Of a stretch of 64,000 nt of DNA, positions 52,401-64,000 are shown in pieces (the stretch's first letter is position 1; every line of letters begins with the position of its first letter). Source of the DNA: Trichoplax sp. H2. Its lineage: Eukaryota. The stretch covers positions 496,001 through 560,000 of the forward strand of contig NOWV01000013.1 of assembly GCA_003344405.1 (NCBI GenBank), written 5' to 3'. The position numbers were made by a program, and so were the translations under genes. The notes beneath the pieces were generated by a model. The model saw only the letters and a list, made by a program, of their open reading frames with translations. It was not told the origin of the DNA and made no database searches.

Positions 52401-55400
52401 ATATTTATAAACTCCACTGAAATATTACCAGCCCAGGAACTGTTTCCAGCCAAAGATGTTGCTTTTACGTCAAAAATGTAAAAACCATATCTACTTAACC
52501 CAATTTCATGACCGATTCCTTCACTATAATTTGCAGCATCTACACATCTGGATTCCATCTAAAGAGAAAATTATAAGACGGTTTGTATAAATGATCGCAA
52601 GTTTGTGATATTACAAAAATCAATATACTGTATACTGTACTACTAATTAAGCAAATCAAATATATAGTAAACAAGATAAATGCTGATACCTTATCGTATT
52701 TCAAGCCCCCGAGATACCGAACTTCATCCTCATAGCGAGTAATTCTAATCTCATACGCTAATATATGCCCACCATTTGGATTCACAGGTGTACTCCAATT
52801 CATTACTACGTCATAGCTGTTGGGAACTTTTACCACACTTACATTTTCAATTTGATCTCTTTTCGCTAGAATCGTATGTAATCAATTTCATCCATGAAAT
52901 ACATGCTATACCCTACATGACAAACTACAGACTGAATATATACTTACCATCAGGTAAGGTCCTGATATTATATAAATCGTAAGCGGAATCATCACGAATA
53001 GAAGGACATTTGCTATTGCATGGAATTATCTATACGTAGAAAAGGTATATGGTTCCAATTATCATCTCATAATGCACTGTATTTCTGTCGTCAACTAAGT
53101 CGAAGTTGATATCGGACATTACACGCGAAATTTTACGTAAAAGAGTTAAAATTTCAACTTACCGTCACACTATATTTAGTAAAAGACTTTAAATTGTCCA
53201 ACGTAATGTATGTATCACGAATTTGTTTAACTATAATAGGAGCAGGGGTCGCCTTAGGTGTTGATGTCGTTTGAACGGTAGACCTACTCATAGAAACGGT
53301 AGTAAGTTCTGTTGTTGCTATGGTAGTTGGCATTGTAGTAGCTTTCGTGGTAGGTCTTGCAGTTGTCGCTATTCAAGAAAGAATTTTTTAACAGAAAATA
53401 TACCATTAAAATGTACTTGGGGATATATTAAATCATGGCCAAAATGCAGAAAATAGGTAACAATAATACAATCATATCGAACATGATTAGCATACCAGTT
53501 GTTGGAGTCGGGGTTGTTACATTCGCAGTCGATACCGTAGTAGGTGCTGCCGTTTTTTTATAGAAAAAGAGTTGAGTAAGATATTCATAAAAATTTTGAT
53601 TTTCACTTTGGATATCTTTAGCTTCAGATTGACTTAATGTTGGTACAGCAGTAGCTAAACACGGACAACTATCGTTTACAGCCACTGGAGGTGTAGGTGT
53701 TGCATCAACGATAGGTTTAATTACAAGGTTCGGGATGACAGTACCGCTAGCAGTGCAAACTTCTGTTGGCAAAATTTCTCTCTCTATACGCTGCTGGTAC
53801 AATATTTTGTAAGTTAAGTTGAGACCATTAGGAGAAGACGGAGGATCCCAAGAGATTCGAAAGGATGACGGCGAAAGGTTGATGTATTCTATATTTCTTA
53901 TTTCCGTGGGTTCTGTAGGCAAATGATAATTTAAATATCTTAGGGAAAATATATACCATAACGGATAGATTGTTAAATGTACTTAGAACTTGCCATAGTT
54001 ATAAGTAGAATAATTTTAGATCAACAGTTAGATAGCATGTTAGAATTGGGCAATTCCAAAATTTACTAACAAATACATAGTTTACACGTACTAGCAATTA
54101 GCAATTCCTTTTACATGACAAAAAACAAAGAGCTCATAGAGTGTGTAATCTTGGTTACACGCTATACACGTATAAAGTGGCAAGCGAACTACCATAATTA
54201 GAATCTTCCTTTGCAGCAAGTAAAGTGCATATATTACTACAACATCGTGTAGTGAGATTAATTTCAAGACTGGCGTAAGAAACCATTTGGTACGCTAAAT
54301 GGGTATATTATTAGTACAGTATACCATACTTACGCACGTCAGGCGATACGTAGTATTTAATATCACTTATAGCTCCAACGCGGCTGATGGTTAAGGTTTT
54401 AACGTATACAGCGTATATCGTATTCGGCTTTAAATTTTTGATCTCAGTTTTGTTTTCTTTAGCGTCGACAATGATCTCTTGCCATCTATAAATTGCATAA
54501 TATAATGGAATAATAAAAACAAAGTACGACAATAAGAACACCAGCCAGTCATAAAACTGTTGATTATAATAATATTCTTATATTCAAGGTAAATTTGTCC
54601 GACATGTAAAAATTTAATAATTCGAGAGTAGTTACTATAATCTTAGCATACACTTTAACTCCGCACGCGTCAACACCATCATAAACGGTCACGTTGAGGT
54701 TAGTCCTGAATGAGAGTAATTTGAAATCCTGCGTGAGTACAGTACATCGACACTAAAATAGCAAGTACTCCAATTAAAGGGTTTTCAAATTTGTACATTA
54801 TTACTTACGTAGGCCGATAGTATACGATGTAGTTTACTAGCTTATTAGATCCTCCAAGTAGAAGGGTATCGATCAGCACCCACTCCACTTTTAAACTAAT
54901 TTTGCGGTAGCTATATCGTACCACAGGTTGAAATGTTGTAATATTAATCGGAAGAATGGTGCCTAATGCAACAACCATTAAAGAAAATTGTAAGATTTTA
55001 AGCATACTCAGTAGGCAGTTATAGAATTTTGATCAATTAACACGGTATTAATGACCAAATAACATAAAAAAATGCTATGATTTATGCGGTGTTTGACTTC
55101 CTTTACAAAAGTAGAAATGTTGATATCTGAAACCGTTACGAAAGACTGAGATACCCACATTGAATTTGATCTCCATTGGTTTGTTCTGGGATATCTAATG
55201 GCGACGTATTATTTTCTTGCCCGATTTCTTTGGCTAGTCTAACAATAAGGTTATGGCATAAGCGTGGGTTGAAATGGAAGAATAACTTCCCTCTCTTGAC
55301 TTTTAGTTTATCTTCTATTTTCGGTTGCCATAAATTTTCTAAATTCCGGTTGTCAAGCATAACAATAGCGTAGCTATGGAATATAAAGGTTATCATATAA

Positions 55401-58189
55401 ATCGTTATCCATTTCTCGATTATTATTTTTCTACTGTTGTATTTAGTTTACGATACAGTATTGGGCAAGTAACCCTAAACATATAATTTTCACCGGTGAA
55501 ACGAATTCAATACGATATCACAATGGCGGCGAAGTGAATGTAATTTGTAAATGCATTTGCAGTCGAGCGAAATCTTAGTTTACTTTCTTATCACGTATCA
55601 TTCACACTGGATGTAGCTTAATTACTGTTACATATACGCTATAGTAATGAAATAAGAAAACAATGTTTGGCGTACCCATTTCCTTCCTCATCGGTTCTGG
55701 CTAGTTGATTACCATGAATAATTTTTAGATTCTTTAAGAACTCTAAACTGACGATAGAAGGTGTGCTAGATATCTCCAAGTAACCTTCGATCTCTTCCAC
55801 GTTGCTAAGAGCGTCTTCCAATTCTTTCACAATATTTCCAGCTATCAATATGACAGTGTATCAATACAATATAGTTAAGAAACGGATTAAAAACTGTTCA
55901 ACCTTAATGTATCATGCGCACATATCATAAATTGTTATAGCAAGCACATATTAAAGCTTACAGCCATAAGTTATCCGAATGATCAGGTTGCCCTTTAATA
56001 CCGTACAGCGTTTCAGATTTTGTAACCGATGATCGATTGACGTTATAACAATGTTTTTGCCTTCATTATCCTTCATATCACATTCTAGTTATAATAATAT
56101 TTCCTAGTTAATAGGAGAAGCCTTACGACACTCTTTGCTTAATATTAAATCTCGCTATAGTATGCTAATAATTTTAAAATTGTTTTTACTATAAATCGGG
56201 CTATGATTAATATAAACATACTGTACCTCTTTTACATCCATCACAAACAATGCACTCTTTGGTCGCTTCAAACTCTATCCATCCTTTAGGACAACTTCTT
56301 ATACAGCTAAGTTTATGACGATATGATCCTGCTGGACAATGCCTCACACAGTGTCCTTCCACCTATACAATAATATGATTTGGAGAATAGCACAAATTTA
56401 AGGTTTTGGTACTCAATTTTTGTGTTTAGGTATGATTTATTATAACTAACTAGAACTTCAGTCGACTAAAAGAGGTTTACATAAATAATGCATAGTTTAT
56501 AAATTACTATGATATAGAATAAGTTGCATCTGTATGCTTGGTATTGATACTGAATGTAATCAAGAATAAAAGTTATCACAGATGATATTAGTTCATAGAA
56601 ACCGTAATTATTTTTCTCATTATTTAAAATTATTTTCTATCGCAATCGTTACCTCATAAGTGTCAAAAGGACATCCTGTCATGCAAGTACCATTATAATT
56701 TTGGTGTTTACATACGTAGCAATTACTGGCTTGCGGACCAAAACATCCACCCAAACACTCAGCATGACAGCACTTGCCATTGCTATCGCAACCAGATTCA
56801 CCGCAACTATCGCAAACTATCGAATAAACCAACATTAGGATCAGTAAATTATGAATAAGTAGCAATTACAATGTATCAGATTAGCTAATACCTTCTAAGG
56901 AGATGCTAGGGTACAAGTACACTACGCTGTTATTTAATTGAGAATTTACTGTGTGTCTGTCAAGACTACACGAAAGGTCGAAAGCAATATTGAATTTATT
57001 TATTGTTATACAGATCAAGATACTCTAAAATAAAAAACTGGCTGTAGTGAGTATAATATAAAGTAAAAAAGTACATAGACAGTACACAAAGTATCATGAG
57101 CAAGGGAGGGGCTCTACAGTAGTAAATGTAATTTATTAATCAATCAACATACTGATTTGGCATTTCTGTGCATTCCAACAATAACCATTGCATTTAGCTG
57201 GACAAGTTGGGCAATTAGTCGGTAAAGTTTTTGTGATGATTCTATCAGGTGCATAACTTGATCCCATAACACTTGACCATTTAATAGTATTATAGTAGCA
57301 CATAATCTTATTGTTCTGGATTCTGACTTTACCGCGTTCGATTTTGGTGAGTGAAGGTAATGACATGTCTAGTAACTGGTGATCAAAATAAAGAAGCAAG
57401 GTAAAGCCATAAAAGAATTGATTGCCACGGATTACACGTAAATTTGGAAACATAAAACCAAGGGAGGTTGGATATTTGCCAGCCACTAAACCCATTACTA
57501 GAGATCCAGTAATCTCCCGTAAATCAAAGAATATTGAAGCATTGACATCTGCTTGTGTATGCATTCGATAGTTGGCAATAAAAATTGATCCAACGTAGAC
57601 CGTACAACCTTTTAAGATAGGAGCATCAGCGATTACTTTCATAATTAGTCCCTCGCCGGAAGGTTCATAGCATACTACAAGAGAATAATAATAAATAAAC
57701 TGAGTAAAGCCAGATCACTCCGTACTAAAGTGTAAAGTGAAGACAGAGGACCATTATCACTCAAGTTTTAAAATGTTTATGAAACGATCAACTATTACAT
57801 GCCACCTACCGGTATATCATTACACACAAAAACAATAATAGGAAATATCTACAAATCAATCAATGCCGCAATATGCATAAAGTCTGATAAAGGTTCTTGG
57901 AATACTGTAGTTGAAATCAGTTTAATTCTGAATAAGTTCATAAAATATTTCACATAGACATAATTTACTGTTAATCTAAGTCACCACGGTGCACTGTGTT
58001 ATGTACAGGATAGATGAATGAACATAGATGGTATTACGCGTATTATGGTATCACGTGCGGAAAGTTGATTTCCTGTATCTTCGTCTTACCTTTGCTAGGT
58101 AGCTGACAATCAACCAAACCAATAGAACATATTAACCCAAGCGAAAGAAGCATCATGATATCTACGGTGATAAACTTCATTCTGGCCAT
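49472..58189 (-). CDS. INSR: Insulin/IGF receptor-family tyrosine kinase, paralog B (upstream copy), >20 exons
   Basis: Signal peptide exon from 58189/58180 to 58090. Same exon layout as paralog A. NPDY, then YIPDDWE, GKGAFG, HRDLAARN and canonical [27 protein letters not shown]. Ser-rich tail ends ...VSKL. Confidence 0.94.
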
Positions 58190-58757
58190 GATGAAGCTAT
58201 TCTTTAAGAGGCAAACCAATTATCGTTGACCCACTTCGAGAGCTTTTTAGGGATACTGTCATTCACTAATTGGGTAATTACCACATGTAGTGTTGATAGG
58301 AAAAGTAAAAAGTCCTTCGAAGCTAAAACTAGTCAGAAAATCACGTCAATCTATTAGTCACATACGTTACGAGTGTTAATAAAAAGCACAAATAGATACA
58401 GTTTAGCAGGTTATTTTTGTCCATTTTGTCCTTTTATTGCTCTTGGCTTTTTCTATTTAATTAATTCAATTAAATAAATGAAGAATTCACGTAATGGACA
58501 TATCGTCCATCGCAGTGGTGTAAATGGTGTGCTAGCAAAAGTAAATATGAAGAGTGTCAATTTCTGACTTTTGGTTATAGTAAAAATGGCTTTGTAAAAT
58601 TGGAAATGATACAGTCCACTATCATTTTAAGCGTAGTTGAGTGTTACTGATCTCCAAAATAGTGATCAATCCTGTACATTAATACAGACGAAATGACCAA
58701 AGCAGGGAGCGTTTAGGTATTTTCGAAGCTATTTACAGTTGGTGTTGACGCGTTTCC

Positions 58758-58982
58758 ATACAGTACAATGTACTGTATCGGACAATACTACAGTACAGTG
58801 TACTGTACTGTGCTTTACAATATTCGGAGTCACTAAGTACTGTAGAGTTTGAAACGGGTTGTTTCAAACAGTTACCGCAGCAGTCTGTGCCAAGGCGTGC
58901 ATCTCAACCTCTACAGAGCAGTACTGTAGGTTTCCAGTCAGTGATAGGCAAGCCTCTAGTTTGTAGATTACAGTACAGTATA
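58758..58982. repeat. TACAG/CTGTA tract 5' of receptor paralog B
   Basis: atacagtacaatgtactgtat and tacagtacagtgtactgtactgt (palindromic). Confidence 0.65.
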
Positions 58983-60825
58983 CCAGTTCGAGAGAGATGA
59001 CAACTAATTTTGAAAATGCTGTTTTTACTGAGCGTAACTGCAGTTTAGAGAGTTCTGAAACGTTCTAAAAAGATTGTTTTTACACTGATTGTATAAAATC
59101 TAAGCAAGTAATAAATGTACGTGCACCGTACTACACTACACTACTACATCGCAATTTATCTCAATTGACGAAATGTCGAAGAATGATCGATCGTTTGCCG
59201 TAATCGTGGTATTAATCAGTAGAGTTAATAAGGACACTGTTATGTTCATATAGTTCTATTCATATACAGCAATAAACCGTAAAAATACGTTTTTAGAGAA
59301 TGCAGACTAGGCTAGCAATCGAATCTAACTGTTTATTACAGAGGTGCTTGCGCGAATGTTAACGCATACGTAAATGTGAAAAGTATGATCCTAAGTTAGT
59401 AATACATTAAGTAGTGTGCTGTATTGCTATATACTTTGTACTATAATCCTAAACAGGTCTTGATCTTTTCTAAATTGGCCAAAGTAAAACGAAGTATCAT
59501 AAAGAGTTCATATCAAGACTGATCGTCTGTCCTGACGAGCAGTTACGCGGAATATTTATATTTCTTGCTATCTGTTATTAAACATGGCAGTAGATTAACC
59601 GATTAAATGCTTTTGCTAATAATTAATTATACATCATTATGATTATACACGTCGTAACGTGCGTACAAGGTACTAAATGTAAAACCCAGACGATCAGTAT
59701 CAACGGTTTTTGTTAATAAACCTTTTGACGTTTTCACTAAAAAAATATCCAGTATAGCGGTGTAATGTGCTTAATCATCATCAATTGCTGTTGTCGACGA
59801 GTCATTCTAGTGCAATACGTAGAGATATAGAATATAATACTATATAATAAGATGAAATTTGATATGTACAATGTACTGTACCGTACTTCTACTCGTGCAG
59901 TACTGTATGTTTCGCGTTTATGACCTTACATGTAGCAAGCGCGCCTGGAAAAGTTGTAATTATTGGAAATATTTAGGACCGAATATGTACATTATTTACT
60001 TCTATTGGTACACATATTACAGTACACAGTATTGTGAAGGAGTACACAACTAAGATTCTTCATTTTTAGCCGTCGTGAGTCGTGTCCAGCGGGGACCGGA
60101 GACGAGTATTACATTTATAGCAGATACGTACAGTATAGCAATAATTAACAAATACTGTAAACTATGCCGTACTGAGTGTTGTGGTCTACACCCAAGACTT
60201 TTCAAGTATTGTATCAGGGATTGTATCGTATCGTCCAGTATTCGCATACCGGAGACTTCTATTGTACTACAAATTTCTACCACGTATGGAACTCGTAGCT
60301 ACCTTAGACTGGCACTCATAGCAACAAAAAAGTCGAATGTAGGATCAATTTAGTCTTTCTAAAATTGATACAGTCTATTCGGAAAGAGTGACATAAGCGC
60401 CAAGATCCTGTAAGAAAATGATTGACGTAAAAGTAGTCCAACATTTAGAGTATACAGTACTGTACAGTACTATCGAAGTTTGTCTCAATATCATCCTTAT
60501 TTTCATTGCTGTACTGTACGTAGTGTAGTTTGAAGAAGAAATCTGTGCTTACTGAGTACAGTTATTACGGAATTGGGATCAACATTGCAATATTTCATAG
60601 CTTCACTGGTGAAAAGCGTTCTATCTGAGGATCTATTTTATCCATGAATGCACTACTTTATTCATTAATAGTTACAGTATGATCGACTAAAGTTATTAGT
60701 CCGTCTATAGAACTTACGTTCATGGGATTCCCTTATTTTTTTGCTTTAAGAATTTGATTTCGTTCTTGAGCAATCAACACATCAGCGACTACGGAGCTTT
60801 CAACTTTTTAGTCTTCACTCTTCAA

Positions 60826-61220
60826 CATACAGTACAGTACACTGTACGCTGGCGTTCTTGATTCAGTATTGTTTTTGTACAGTACAATATACTGTACATG
60901 CGACGCTCTTCGCGTAGTGCGCATGTGTATTGGACAGTACAGTACAGTATAGTACAGTACTGTACTTGTGTTTTTACTTCACGATGCTGTACAGTACAGT
61001 ACAGTACACTGTAGTGAGCTGTACGCAGGTTTGCGACGTTATACTGTACTGTACAGTACACTGTACATTGTACAGTACAGTATGTGGATGAGGTACTGTA
61101 CACTGTACAGTTTAAGCAATGTTGTGCTGCGGAGGCTGCAGAGAATCAGATAGACGAAATTTTGGACACGATCGGATCCAATGCCTAAAACACTAGTGTC
61201 GTGTTGGGTACTGTACAGTT
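60826..61220. repeat. Dense TACAG/CTGTA array
   Basis: Multiple (acagt)n and (actgt)n runs, which produce the low-complexity ORFs at 60822-61230. Confidence 0.85.
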
Positions 61221-62559
61221 GTGCAATCATAAATGGATAATACTAATGATAATATAATTATGAATTAGGAATACTGTACACTAGAAGTAATGGTAGAAGA
61301 TTGAATTCCGATGTTGAATTCTTTTGAACCTTTTCAAAATTTTTATAATTGTTCGATGATAAAAAAATAATCATCATCCGTAACGCAAGGTAATCTTATT
61401 TAATAATATCGTTAAAATTTGAATGGGCAAAGCCTTTCGTCAAATGCGGCCACTCGTATTTATGAATTGGTAATAGCAATTCTCTTAAAACGTATACTAC
61501 ATAATTGATGAAAGACGAACGTCGATAATTTTTATTTTTGGCCAGCTGCATAAGTTAGCGTTACCTGCAGAGTGCAGACAGTCAATGGCGAGACGCATCA
61601 TAAACCAAAAATTTTTTCGCTTTCAAAAATAATAAATATTAGATCCATAAAAATGTTTTTTTAAGTTGCAGACAATAATACCATCTCAATCTGGATACAG
61701 CGCAGCATGCGCCCAAATCCTATTTTGATTCCCTCTCACAAATGGATATGCTATAAAGTACAGTACAGTAAATGAGTTTTGAAATAAAGTACATACTGTA
61801 AATGTGAGAGCTACCTACAAAATTATAGCCAAGTTATCTCCATAAATGAACTTAACGTAGCATATGTGGACAATTATAATCATTATTTATGCAATAAATT
61901 ATTAATACTGGTCGATTTGCGTTGAAATTTCAAGACCAATATTTAGGCTTTTACCGTGCGCTTCTAACCTGTTACGATTTATCGTTAATTGATAAATACA
62001 ATCGACAGCCGTAAAGCTAATAACTTTAATCTTCATCTGCTATTATACTAAATTCAATGTTCGCACAGTATAAAATTAAAAAACTTCATGATAGTATGCT
62101 ATGATCGTAACCTTTCTTACTTAGCATTTCTGTATACCGAAAAGTACAGAATTGCAATTCTTCAACTCTCGGTTTGTAAACTCTAGCTCATCTTGCATAT
62201 GATGGATAGGAGAATAAAAGGCCTTTTTCCTACCTCTACGGTTTAATCTTGTTGGAATTATTTAGAAATGCATATGTCGGCAATGATGACCATAGCTATT
62301 GTGAGTACCAAGTAGTAATTGGTACCGCCATCATGATTATCATAATAATCACTAATCACTGATTAATGGATTATTACGGGGAGCAATCAGTTCTATAATT
62401 GTACTGTACATACGTGTAGAGTCTGCTTCATAGCCCCAAATTAATTTATTTTCTCAGTATAGAATCATAACGATATGGCGTTGATTATATAGTATTTGCT
62501 AGTAAATAATTATATTTCATTTTAGTATCACGACTACATCATCGGTCTGGTCTTCATGG

Positions 62560-63761
62560 TTGTACTTGCTAATTGGAAACACTGTTCGACATGGTTGTGC
62601 AGATAATCTTCTATTGCAAAATATACACTGATTAAGGTAGAATACTGTAATAGATCATAATAAATACACCATTTGTAGCGTACTGAATATTTTTTTTATT
62701 CTGAATGATTCACTGCAAGCTTTCGTGAAATAAGATCAAATTACCATCATTTCAGTTAGGCCTGATTCGATCACCATACTAAAGAATAAAATTGAGCTTT
62801 GAAAGCATCAATGCCGTAAAGTGCGATATTGCGTGCTTCTAGTCGTAACAAACTTTGCATAGAAATGTAATCAGATATCGGACTAGATGTTTATAATTTT
62901 TCACGGTAATCGCAAATATAGGATGTTTATTAATTTATGAGTGCTTAACGTGTTACGATCGGTAAACAAAATATTTGAGAAGAGACAATGTAGCTCTACG
63001 TATTGTGCTTAAGGTAATACAGTATGACTGTTTTGATCGGATCATCATTTTAAGCTAGTACTATACGATAATAGTTTATCTATCAAAGCCAGATCATACG
63101 GTAGGATCTTTCAATTAGCCAATAATGCTTTATTATAGATATTAGGCGTTTCTTCTCTTTTTCATATGAGTATTGTATTTTAGCAGTATTCAGGAAAGCT
63201 ATCACATTAAGAAGTTGAAAACAACACGTGAAGCCAAATAACAATAACAATACCTTTTTAATTCGTATTCAGGGAAGTAATCGGTGCTATTTTGAAGCCC
63301 GTATTTGTCATCATGTTCAACTTTAGTGATAAAATAAAATATTAATTGTAAGAAAGAGTGAGAACTTTTCCCTTACTTGTGATTCTGAAATTAATCATCA
63401 TCGTCAAATGTTAAAACAAGTAAAAATAGCTATTACCCTAATAATTGTAATGTATTTGCTTACTTTGTCTTCTATTGACAGACATTGCGTTCTAGTAAAC
63501 AGTCTAGTTCATTGAAACTATTGTTATTCTAAGTGATCTAAAATATGCAATAGGCTTTTTGTTCATGATTATATACATCTAAAATTTCTGATAAATAGGC
63601 GTTGCGCTTAATGGCTTCTATAAATATAAGGTACAGATTTTGATCCTGTTATTAGTGGATAATACTGAAATTAAGAGCTATCTTAAATAAATAAACGTAT
63701 TAGATCAAAGTATCTTGAAAACTGGCATACCGTACTACCCATCTGAATGTTTAGGCAACAT
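62560..63761 (-). CDS. Possible 3' exons of an unidentified gene entering from the right edge
   Basis: Small AG/GT-bounded segments near 63761-63731, 63490-63463, 63321-63254 and 62778-62745 chain in frame as CCLNIQMGST-NAMSVNRRQ-IEHDDKYGLQNSTDYFPEYELK-SMVIESGLTEMM. No family recognised; boundaries approximate. Confidence 0.25.
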
Positions 63762-64000
63762 CTACGTACAGTCTATGATCTATAGAACAGTATTGTCTAA
63801 CGATCTGATTCTTTCGTTATTCTATTGAGTTACACAGCTAATAGCACAATACTTTTGCTATTCTATCTCACAATCTATATTATATATGTACTCTATAAAT
63901 ATATTTATTTCTGGGAGCTATTCCACCTGATCTAATATTGTTTGGGTCACGATCCGTGGCAAAACGCTGTTATTCTCATTGTATTAGTCGATCAGTAATT

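Noticed and set aside
60050-60353. Overlapping 77-aa and 92-aa ORFs upstream of receptor B, considered as a possible linked insulin-like ligand
   Set aside because: No signal peptide followed by a B-chain CG motif and A-chain CCxxxCxxxxxxxxC pattern. The lone CC is insufficient.
62535-62612. Minus-strand frame reading EDYLHNHVEQCF, resembling human INSR alphaCT (FEDYLHNVVF)
   Set aside because: Short match in a frame incompatible with the neighbouring candidate exon, with no flanking receptor homology. The true alphaCT segments here look different, so this is probably chance.

Overview
AT-rich, intron-dense eukaryotic (animal) genomic DNA. Short introns, low GC and abundant TACAG/CTGTA microsatellite suggest a placozoan such as Trichoplax, but that is an inference. 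Genes assembled by hand from splice signals and translation: a class-B/adhesion-like 7TM receptor (+, possibly decaying), hydroxylysine kinase HYKK (-), a Fem-1 ankyrin protein (+), CIAO2A/FAM96A (-), a rhodopsin-class GPCR (-), mitochondrial ribosomal protein DAP3/MRPS29 (+), and two full-length tandem insulin-receptor-family kinases (-). Main observations: (1) both insulin receptors have no recognisable furin alpha/beta cleavage site and carry a Thr-rich mucin-like linker there instead, and the downstream copy has a diverged activation loop. (2) Three copies of a solo-LTR-like element occur (TGTCAC...GTGACA ends, 5-bp target duplications), one apparently captured as filled and empty versions either side of an assembly gap. 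(3) Palindromic TACAG/CTGTA arrays cluster upstream of genes. (4) DAP3 has a candidate U12-type intron.
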